From assembly GCA_015493765.1 (NCBI GenBank), contig WGCQ01000170.1:1-52953 (forward strand): 52,953 nt of DNA, given 5' to 3'. The stretch's first letter is position 1. Each line of letters begins with the position of its first letter. The notes below the pieces were generated by a model, which worked only from the letters and a program-made list of their open reading frames with translations, had not been told where the DNA came from and ran no database searches. The position numbers and the translations under genes were made by a program. Source of the stretch: Deltaproteobacteria bacterium. Its GTDB lineage: Bacteria; Myxococcota_A; UBA9042; DTJE01; S145-11. Below are positions 45,602 to 52,953 of the stretch, piece by piece.

Positions 45602-46246
45602 TTATACCATCTGCACCAGCAGGTTTCGTCGATATATGCCGGTACCAGGCAACACGAATTCGTCCTCCTGGCGAATCACCATGCCGGCAGGAAGTGCCAT
45701 CTCACGGCCCGATGAGGTCATCACCACCACCTTCTGACCCGGCTTGGCAAGTTTGGCCATGTCATTCAGCCATTCCTGTGGCGCACGAAACGCCTTGGAT
45801 ACGAAAACGTCCACATCATGTGTCGCATCCTGCATTCCCACAGGGAAATTCATCTGAAAAATGTTCACGTTTTGCAAGCCCAATACGTGCACCATACGCC
45901 TTGCCAGTGTACAAATACGTTCGCTCGAGTCGATAAGCCGGACCCTGAAGTCGGGCCTGGCCGCGGCCAAGGGGGTTCCGGGCAACCCGACCCCGGCACC
46001 CACATCCATGATAACGGAATCCTGCCCAAGGTCCAGCCTCAGAAGGGCCAGGGAATCCATGACCTGTTTCAATACTTCACGCTGGACATCGGCTTTTCTG
46101 GAAATCAGGTGTACCCTGTCATTCCACTTTACGATTTGCTCCATGAACCGTGATAACACGGATAACGCCTGTGCCGTAACCCGGACGTCCAGCCCATTCA
46201 GCATGGACCGCAAATCGTCACTCCGGTTGGTTTGATGCCTGTCCAA
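45602..46246 (-). CDS. rsmG: 16S rRNA (guanine527-N7)-methyltransferase
   Basis: VKWNDRVHLIS..., the SAM motif MDVGAGVGLPGTPLAA, and typical length. Confidence 0.85.
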   Translation of the reverse strand: MDRHQTNRSDDLRSMLNGLDVRVTAQALSVLSRFMEQIVKWNDRVHLISRKADVQREVLKQVMDSLALLRLDLGQDSVIMDVGAGVGLPGTPLAAARPDFRVRLIDSSERICTLARRMVHVLGLQNVNIFQMNFPVGMQDATHDVDVFVSKAFRAPQEWLNDMAKLAKPGQKVVVMTSSGREMALPAGMVIRQEDEFVLPGTGIYRRNLLVQMV

Positions 46247-48380
46247 ACCTGTAAAACCCCAACTGAACCAGCATAAACGTGATGCGATATACGATTAGCC
46301 TCCAGTCGTACGGCCCAACCGTTGCCTCGAGCGCCTTCTGGGGTATCTTGTTGATACCTAACAGGTGTGCCGCACGCAATTCCCTGGCCGTCAGGCTCAA
46401 GGAATCGAGTTTCCATTTTGGATTTGCCTCTTTTTCAAGTGGTGTGTTCAGGTAGGGCCCAATAATCCGCGATAATTCATCAAGCGTAAACAGTTTTCTG
46501 ACGGCCTCCATCATACTTGTAACCGGGTCCAGGTCCAACTGGACCGCCTGGTGCCGCGGCTCCACATTCTCGATGAAACTGAACTGCCCGTCCGTCCATG
46601 TAAACAGTTCCATAAACTTGGCCTTCATCTGGCCCTGCAGGTGTTCCACCATCTCGTGGGGCTGGATCATGCCCAGGCGAATCAACGCATCCCCCAGCAT
46701 CAGTCGTTTTTCAGTGGCAAGTTCCACAGCCTTCTGCAGGTCCTCAAGTGAAATTATACCGTGGCTTAGCAGGTAATTGCCCAAGAGCTCCTTTTTGATA
46801 TTGGACTTGATTACCCGGATATGTCCCTGTTTGAAATCCAGCTCCTTTTGAACACCCATATTTTTTACAACCAGCCGGCCTTTGGTCGGCCCTTTTGTCA
46901 GAATTTTGTACAGAATGCGCGGGAAAGCGAACCTATTAAAATGCCCCTTGTACGTGACTTCACCCTCCTGCTCGGACCCGGTAACGAACTTACTGCGCAA
47001 CGGCCGAATATTGCCCAGTTTGATCCACGCCCCGTTATTTACCGAGCACATTTCATCCTGGGACACGGAGCCTGCCTGGATCATGGTAAGCAACTGCTCA
47101 TAGGATATGGGGCCAAAGGTCTTGTCATTCCTGGTCTTTAACTTGAAGGTGGAGGTTTCCAGGAAATGTGCCGTGCCCTCCGGGGCCGGTTTGCTGGCCG
47201 TATTGGTGGCCCAGGGCATTTCAGTTCCAGGCCTGGTCGAATGCGAACTGGTTGCTTCGTATCCGGATTCGGAGTCCTCCTTCGGATTTGTGGTTTGGGA
47301 TGCCGGTTTTTCGACTAATTGCCGGACCTGGGTTGTCCTGGATTCCTCCGCCTTGGCCGCCTCGATCTTTTTGATTATTTCAGCAGTCAGGCCTTCGGGC
47401 AGGATTTCTTCCTGGCTTTCCTCTGCAAACAGTTTGCGCACGAAACCGGAAATAATATTCGTATCCTGCGGCAGGCCTGCCTTGCTTGTATAGGCCTTGA
47501 TATCTGCTATCACCTCCTGGGCGGTCTGATACCTGTCATCCGGGTCTTTTGCCAGGAATCGCCTTAAAATGTCCTGTACCTCATTGGGAATCTCAGGGTG
47601 TTGTTTCAATTTCGAGTCGATATCCGCCTTTTGGACATTCATAACGGTCCTGAGGTCGGACTTACCGGCAAACAAACGGTGAAGGGTCAATAGTTCGAAC
47701 AGGATTATGCCCAGGCTGAATATATCCGAGCGATGGTCAACTGGCTTACCCTTGATCTGCTCGGGTGACATATAACCCAGTTTACCACTCAATCGTCCGG
47801 TTTCCTTTTCCTTGTAGGTAGCAGCCTTTGCCACCCCAAAGTCCATAATTTTTACTTCACCCGCAAAAGACACCATGACATTGCTTGGGGACACATCCCG
47901 GTGGATGATCTTCATGGGCTTACCATAGGGGTCCTTGGCGTTATATGCAAACCACAGTGCCTTTGCCACCTCTGATACCACGCGCAGCGCCACCTCCAGC
48001 GGGACTTTTACGCCCATCTTGTTGGCCCTGGCCATGATGCGCCGAAGGTCCCGCCCGTGAATGTACTCCATGGCGATGTACTGCTGGCCGTCGGCCTCGC
48101 CCAGTTCGAATACCTGAACGATGTTGGAGTGCTGTAATGAGGCCACCATGTTTGCTTCGCGGACGAACATCTCCACAAAGACCGGGTCACTCGAAAGACG
48201 CAGGTGTATTTTTTTGATGACAACCACCTTGGTAAAATTGGCAACCCCGCCTACGATTGCCTTGTATATATCGGCCATGCCACCCTGGCCGATCTGCTCC
48301 AACAACAGGTAACGTCCGAATTTAACGAGTTTTATGTTTGATTTTCCATCCGTAACCGGAGGATTTTGCTCCATTACCAC
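46218..48380 (-). CDS. Ser/Thr protein kinase with central GYF-like segment and C-terminal DUF4388-like region
   Basis: Hanks motifs GQGGMADIYKA, HRDVSPSNVM, DFGVAKA and MSPEQ. The segment FGPISYEQLLTMIQAGSVSQDEMCSVNNGAWIKLGNI is GYF_2-like. The segment GRLVVKNMGVQKELDFKQGHI...LLGNYLLSHGIISLEDLQKA is DUF4388-like. Confidence 0.8.
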   Translation of the reverse strand: MVMEQNPPVTDGKSNIKLVKFGRYLLLEQIGQGGMADIYKAIVGGVANFTKVVVIKKIHLRLSSDPVFVEMFVREANMVASLQHSNIVQVFELGEADGQQYIAMEYIHGRDLRRIMARANKMGVKVPLEVALRVVSEVAKALWFAYNAKDPYGKPMKIIHRDVSPSNVMVSFAGEVKIMDFGVAKAATYKEKETGRLSGKLGYMSPEQIKGKPVDHRSDIFSLGIILFELLTLHRLFAGKSDLRTVMNVQKADIDSKLKQHPEIPNEVQDILRRFLAKDPDDRYQTAQEVIADIKAYTSKAGLPQDTNIISGFVRKLFAEESQEEILPEGLTAEIIKKIEAAKAEESRTTQVRQLVEKPASQTTNPKEDSESGYEATSSHSTRPGTEMPWATNTASKPAPEGTAHFLETSTFKLKTRNDKTFGPISYEQLLTMIQAGSVSQDEMCSVNNGAWIKLGNIRPLRSKFVTGSEQEGEVTYKGHFNRFAFPRILYKILTKGPTKGRLVVKNMGVQKELDFKQGHIRVIKSNIKKELLGNYLLSHGIISLEDLQKAVELATEKRLMLGDALIRLGMIQPHEMVEHLQGQMKAKFMELFTWTDGQFSFIENVEPRHQAVQLDLDPVTSMMEAVRKLFTLDELSRIIGPYLNTPLEKEANPKWKLDSLSLTARELRAAHLLGINKIPQKALEATVGPYDWRLIVYRITFMLVQLGFYRFGQASNQPE

Positions 48381-48612
48381 TGCCTCCTGACCCCCGTATT
48401 CAGCAATCTGTTCATATAGTTACAAAATTCTCCGGCCTTTTTATGGTGTCCACTGCGCCACGTCTTTAGCCCCGTACAAGCCGCCTGCCATCCGGCCCGG
48501 CACACCCGGTGCTCCAGTCCCCGACACCCTGCATTTTTTCTACATCCCACAGGCATTGATACCAACGCAAACATCATTACGGAAACAATCCACCTTGCGA
48601 TATGTGCCACAA

Positions 48613-50196
48613 TCAGAACCTGAATGTGAAACCAACTGCTACGCCCTTGGAATTCGTATCGTAACCCACCCATACGGGGACTTTTTTTACCTCAACGCCC
48701 ACAAAAGGCATTGTTCCGTGTTGCCGCTCGGGGCCAAATCCCTGGGCCACCCCGCCGAACACGGCAATATCCTTGTTTACCTTGTAGGCCAACCTGCCGG
48801 AAACAGAACCCGAGTTCAAATCACCGTTTTTCATGCGTGTGTCCGCCTGTACCGTACCGACCAGCCCGTGTATTGCGTGTTGCAGTTTCAGGCTGAATTC
48901 GTCCATCGAATAATCGGGGTATTTGTCGTGTTTGTAGCGAACCAGGTATTCCTCGAACGTCTTCGGGTCCTTGAACCCGAAATATGCATAATAATGCGTT
49001 AATTCCCCCAGCCTGCCGTCATAGGTGGCTCCTGCACCGGCCTCCATGCGACCTTTTTTCACCTTCACCGAACCGGAGCCAACCCTGCTGTCCGTTTGAA
49101 ACTGGCCGTCCAGGGCAATCTTCAGGTCATCGATACTGAACTTGGCAGCCCCTCCATAGGTTTCGGCGGTTTTACCATTCCTGCTGGCCCGTGCATAGTA
49201 GGCGGATATATCCAGTTTTTTACCCTTTTTCATACCCATGTCCAGGCGTACCTGGTCATTTTTCGGGGAATATGACAAGGCGCTCGCCAGGTCATAGTGT
49301 TTACCCTTGTACTCCACCCGGGCATCGGCATGGTCGATCTTGTGTGCCTTTTCAGTCACATCCGCTTTTACCTCGGTATTTTTCGTGATTCCGTAACCAC
49401 CACCCAGGCTCGCCGTTAACACGCCCTTGGCATCGATATCGGCCATAGTGTGCACCCAGTTGCGCTTGGTTCCGTAGCGTACTTCCACGTGCTTATCACC
49501 AAGGCCCTTTTTATTGCCCTGTACCCCGGCCTTTACCTCCAGCAGGCCCTTTTGGTAGGCCAACTGCAATTTTGCCGCCTCCAGCGCAATATCCCTGACC
49601 TTGCCCAGTTTGGCCTGGGCGCTGACGGACAGGCCATGGCCCACTTTCTGTTTCACATTCAACGCCGGCAGACTTGCATTGGACGCCACGGCCACAGCAG
49701 CAGCGGCCAGCACCAGGGACAGGACCTCCACCGGGTGCGTTTTGGTATATTTTGATACCTTTGATGCAAACCGTTTGCCCGCAGGGGTATTCAGCAATGC
49801 GGCGGCCTTTTCGTGCAGTAATGACCCAAGCGCCCCGGCAAAGGCCTTGGCCCCCTGCTTGTCGTCGGCTGACATGCCGGACTTGTCCGCAGCCTTGCCC
49901 GCCTCACTTTCCATGACCTTCATCAGGGACAGAACCGCCTGGTCCGCGTACTCCAGCACTTTGTCCCTGGACAATTCCTTGTTCACTATGCCGTACAGTT
50001 TTCCACCCACAAACTGGCCCAATAATTTTTCATACGCGTTTTGTTCCGGTGTCGGCTTTTTAGGAACGTTCTTTGCGGACTTTCCGCCTGTTTTTGCAAC
50101 CCTCGGCACCTGTTTGGCATCGGTTTTAGCGTCCTTTGCCTGTTGTTTGTTAGCAGATGCCCCTTTCAGGTCATCCTTCAGTGTCATGTCCGCCAT
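48613..50196 (-). CDS. hypothetical protein: Lys/Ala-rich N-terminal region, one hydrophobic segment, then a beta-barrel-like region ending in ...GFTFRF
   Basis: Long ORF with alternating-residue strands in the last ~350 aa and a C-terminal aromatic residue typical of OMP beta-signals. There is no N-terminal signal peptide. Confidence 0.55.
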   Translation of the reverse strand: MADMTLKDDLKGASANKQQAKDAKTDAKQVPRVAKTGGKSAKNVPKKPTPEQNAYEKLLGQFVGGKLYGIVNKELSRDKVLEYADQAVLSLMKVMESEAGKAADKSGMSADDKQGAKAFAGALGSLLHEKAAALLNTPAGKRFASKVSKYTKTHPVEVLSLVLAAAAVAVASNASLPALNVKQKVGHGLSVSAQAKLGKVRDIALEAAKLQLAYQKGLLEVKAGVQGNKKGLGDKHVEVRYGTKRNWVHTMADIDAKGVLTASLGGGYGITKNTEVKADVTEKAHKIDHADARVEYKGKHYDLASALSYSPKNDQVRLDMGMKKGKKLDISAYYARASRNGKTAETYGGAAKFSIDDLKIALDGQFQTDSRVGSGSVKVKKGRMEAGAGATYDGRLGELTHYYAYFGFKDPKTFEEYLVRYKHDKYPDYSMDEFSLKLQHAIHGLVGTVQADTRMKNGDLNSGSVSGRLAYKVNKDIAVFGGVAQGFGPERQHGTMPFVGVEVKKVPVWVGYDTNSKGVAVGFTFRF

Positions 50197-50263
50197 TTTT
50201 TCCCCCGCGCCAGGAAGACGTCATATCATATTCTGACAGATATTTCTGAAGGGATCAAGTTTA

Positions 50264-50288
50264 TCCCAAATTACCTGACTAAATTTGA
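50264..50288 (-). repeat. 24-25 nt intergenic box, main variant
   Basis: The plus strand reads TCCCAAATTACCTGACTAAATTTGA. It overlaps the MITE-like element by 3 nt. Confidence 0.85.
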
Positions 50289-50389
50289 TGGACTCGTAAT
50301 CAATCAAAACCGGCAAACCCACATCTGATAAAATCAAAAGGTTATGAGGAACAAAAATGGCCAAAATCGGACTTTTTACGAGTCCGTCA
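50286..50389. repeat. MITE-like 104-nt element (TGATGGACTCGTAA ... TTACGAGTCCGTCA), inverted relative to the copy at 7764-7866
   Basis: Its right terminal repeat supplies the last four codons and the TAA stop of the radical SAM gene. Confidence 0.8.
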
Positions 50390-51704
50390 TTAATTGACTT
50401 AAGTCCGGCAACACAAGTGACGCCAACCTGGCCTCCTCTTGTGCCTGTGTTATGGATGCCAGGCTCAATTTTACTTGTTTGGGCAAAACCTTACGCAGTT
50501 TGCGATATTTTTTCCTTATCGCTGCTTTGCCTATGAATTCAGCCTGGGCCAACGCCGTGTGTTTCTTGGGAATCAATGGCCCTGCCGACACGGTAAGTGA
50601 TACGCAGGATGCCATTCCGGCGGCCAGTTCGGCGAATTCCCCAAGGTCATCATCCGTTTCCGTGGGGAGCCCGACTATCAGGTAGAGTTTTACCCTGCGG
50701 ATGCCTGCGCGTGAACAACGCCTCGCAAAATCCAGCAGGTGCTGGTTTGTAAGGCGACGATTCACCGTCCTTCTGAGCCTTTCGGATGCACCGTCAGCGG
50801 CCGTAGTGATACTGGTGAGTCCGCCTTTTGCCAGCAGGTCCAGGGATCGGTCGTCGATACCATCCGCCGCTACCGATGATACGGTGACCAGGACGCCGGA
50901 ATTCACCAGGGGCTCCAGGATGTTGGCCAGGTGCGGGTGATAGGAAACAGCCGGTGCAATCAGCCCGACATGCCTGATGTTGTCAGGTATCACATCAAGC
51001 ACCTGTTTTGGGTGCACAAAACGGGGCATCACGCGTACACCACTGACCACGCAGTAATCGCACCTGCGGATACAACCCCGCCCGACCTCCACCAGGAAAG
51101 CGCCGCCAAAGGTCGTGTCATTGGTGATGACCTGGGTGTGTTGCGGCATGAATCCCCTGGGAATCACGCTTAAGGGTGGGCAGTCCGTGGTGTATGCAGG
51201 CACCCACATACCAGGGATTTGCGCAAGGCTTTGTAAGGCATGGTCACGGTCCCGGGCATGTGAAAGCACTTTGGTGATTTGCCCAAATGCATCATCCGCC
51301 TCGCCCACGAAGATCGCGTCTGCAATCGGATACAGGCAATGCGGATTCGAAAAGGTCAATGGGCCGCCAGCAATGACCAGTGGGGATGTGAGGTCGCGTA
51401 CCTGCCTGTCCACTTCAATGCCCGACGCCTGCAATGTCCTTATCAGGGCTATGACCTCCAGTTCCCATGCCAGGGTCACAAAAATCACGTCAAAGTCCGA
51501 CAACACGCGGCCCGTTTCAATGGACCTGGCCGGGACGGAATCCAGTACCGCGCGTTCGCAATAACAGTCATTGCTGTTTAATCCCCTGTAGGCCGCATGA
51601 AAACCCAGGGACCCATGTGCCACCGGGTAGGGTACCGGCGCCAGCAATACGGAAGCGCACCGTCCGCCCCTTGCAAGAATGCCTGTTTCGATTCTGTGGT
51701 TCAT
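50376..51704 (-). CDS. radical SAM protein with an N-terminal B12-binding-like/Rossmann-like region
   Basis: CxxxCxxC cluster motif in VEVGRGCIRRCDYCVVSG. ATGA overlap with the upstream gene. Confidence 0.75.
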   Translation of the reverse strand: MNHRIETGILARGGRCASVLLAPVPYPVAHGSLGFHAAYRGLNSNDCYCERAVLDSVPARSIETGRVLSDFDVIFVTLAWELEVIALIRTLQASGIEVDRQVRDLTSPLVIAGGPLTFSNPHCLYPIADAIFVGEADDAFGQITKVLSHARDRDHALQSLAQIPGMWVPAYTTDCPPLSVIPRGFMPQHTQVITNDTTFGGAFLVEVGRGCIRRCDYCVVSGVRVMPRFVHPKQVLDVIPDNIRHVGLIAPAVSYHPHLANILEPLVNSGVLVTVSSVAADGIDDRSLDLLAKGGLTSITTAADGASERLRRTVNRRLTNQHLLDFARRCSRAGIRRVKLYLIVGLPTETDDDLGEFAELAAGMASCVSLTVSAGPLIPKKHTALAQAEFIGKAAIRKKYRKLRKVLPKQVKLSLASITQAQEEARLASLVLPDLSQLMTDS

Positions 51705-52585
51705 TGCCCTGGTATTGCGTCACTCAAGGAGCGGATGATTTCCAGTGCCATACGTAAGGCCTGTTCATCCAGTTCCTGTTTCGGAATTTCATCCGCACGC
51801 AAGGCCTGTTGCAGCAATTTGCGTTGTTTTTTTGCAAACCGTGCGACATCCTTACCCCTTGGGTCCAGCCTTACTACCGGTGAGGCCTTGAAGTCCGTCA
51901 ACAAGGAATGGATGGCATTCAAGGCCAGTTTCTGGCTGAGGTCCACGACCTCGATGGGCGGCTGATTTTGCCGTCTCGGGGGACGATTCCTGGACCTGGG
52001 TTGTGCCAGCGAGCCGGCAACACTGAATACACGTCGGCTGATCCGGTTGTTCATACGACCACGGACAATAGTGCCACGTATGATACGGTCCAGGAAGTAA
52101 TCGTATTTGAAGTACACGTCCCTGTGGGACAGCGCCTGGTACTCGTCGGGGTGTTTTAACATCATCCGGTCCATCCTGACCTCCCACCGGACATGGCCCG
52201 CACTTGAATCGTATTTCATGAGGCACAGGGCCGGCACATAGAGGTTGTGCGCTACCACGTCTGCCGCAAGGTGGCACAGGTAACCCAGTGCCACGGCCCT
52301 TTCCCGGTCGTTCAATGCACTGTCCAGCAAATCAAAGGCGTTTGCCCAGTTATGCGAATGCCTGGGTGTACTGGCCAGGTTCTTTGCAAGCACGTTGTCA
52401 GGCACCACGTTGCCCAGCAGGAATTCCGTTAGCAGGGCGGACAGGGGAACGGAAAGCAGACCTATGGAATTTTGCAGGGTATGGGCTACCTCCCAGGCCA
52501 GTTCAAAGTGGGTTACAGGCCCAAATGCAAAGGCCTGAAAGGGAAATAATACCATCGCCACTACAATGAAACTTAGAACCCACAC
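51701..52585 (-). CDS. zinc-dependent phospholipase C-like family protein (secreted)
   Basis: Signal peptide ending AFAFG, followed by PVTHFELA. His-rich motifs HSHNW and CHLAADVVAHN resemble the Zn_dep_PLPC family. Confidence 0.55.
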   Translation of the reverse strand: MWVLSFIVVAMVLFPFQAFAFGPVTHFELAWEVAHTLQNSIGLLSVPLSALLTEFLLGNVVPDNVLAKNLASTPRHSHNWANAFDLLDSALNDRERAVALGYLCHLAADVVAHNLYVPALCLMKYDSSAGHVRWEVRMDRMMLKHPDEYQALSHRDVYFKYDYFLDRIIRGTIVRGRMNNRISRRVFSVAGSLAQPRSRNRPPRRQNQPPIEVVDLSQKLALNAIHSLLTDFKASPVVRLDPRGKDVARFAKKQRKLLQQALRADEIPKQELDEQALRMALEIIRSLSDAIPGQ

Positions 52586-52776
52586 AGACTAATTTGTACG
52601 CGAAAATCCACATCAAGTCAATGACCGAGGGATCTTCGATGTGAGGTTATTTTTAGAACTCGTTGTTTATCAAACTATTGCAAAACTCCAGGCCAAAATC
52701 ATCAATTCTGATAAAACGCCTGTACAGGGGGATTAGGGTAAATCTGGTGCTTATAGCGGCGCATTTATAGCGTTTT

Positions 52777-52901
52777 TGATATGCGATGCATATCAGGGTT
52801 TGGGCCCGGCAGGCAGGGATGCATGAAACAGGCATAAGTTTGTCACAGTGGCTCGGGGGCGGTGTCGCCCGCAAGGGGTCTCGTACCGACCCCCTCGCCC
52901 C
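52777..52901 (-). repeat. inverted copy of the conserved core of the 7932-8322 element, including the palindrome GATATGCGATGCATATC (52778-52794)
   Basis: The reverse complement shares 42-nt and 34-nt identical blocks with 8078-8208. Weaker similarity continues toward the window end. Confidence 0.85.
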
Positions 52902-52953
52902 ACATATCTTGTAAGGAATGAAGGGCCGGGCCGGATTGGAAAAAGGGGAAAAC

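Overview
This 52.9-kb segment looks chromosomal and comes from a moderately GC-rich, probably anaerobic bacterium. The anaerobic guess rests on multihaem c-type cytochromes, a 2-oxoacid:ferredoxin oxidoreductase and a DUF4388-type Ser/Thr kinase; I cannot assign a lineage from the sequence alone.

I call 44 protein-coding genes and 2 tRNAs (Met-CAU, Trp-CCA). I see no rRNA, CRISPR array, transposase, integrase, phage gene or recognisable defence gene.

Gene content:
- Housekeeping: galK, greA, tsaE, ssb, lysC, trpS, rsmG, an aminotransferase and a GT51 glycosyltransferase.
- Energy metabolism: an isolated octahaem cytochrome, a nine-haem cytochrome paired with a membrane cytochrome b, an IorA-GltD-like-ferredoxin fusion with IorB, alanine dehydrogenase and a CoA-transferase.
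- Signalling: a PilZ-methyltransferase fusion co-transcribed with an HK-REC-HK hybrid kinase, and a Ser/Thr kinase with GYF and DUF4388-like regions.
- Envelope: several lipoproteins and outer-membrane-like proteins.

The most unusual property is in the non-coding DNA. Almost every long intergenic region is built from a small set of recurring modules:
1. A 24-25 nt box that repeatedly sits just upstream of readable sigma70-type promoters.
2. A ~120-nt GC-rich structured module flanked by CGGYCA(A) hexamer tracts, always co-oriented with the upstream gene.
3. A ~126-nt element with terminal inverted repeats.
4. A ~104-nt MITE-like element.
5. A ~390-nt element with 20-bp terminal inverted repeats and a GATATGC-N3-GCATATC palindrome.

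I did not find a canonical novel-system signature such as a new defence or mobile island. The best novelty candidates are:
- the promoter-associated box and its possible envelope/signalling regulon
- the oriented structured-repeat arrays
- the IorA/GltD-like fusion
- the permease-less DppD/DppF-like ATPase pair with a coupled small protein
- the PilZ-methyltransferase / dual-kinase operon

All functional calls come from motif recognition by eye. None has been checked against a database.
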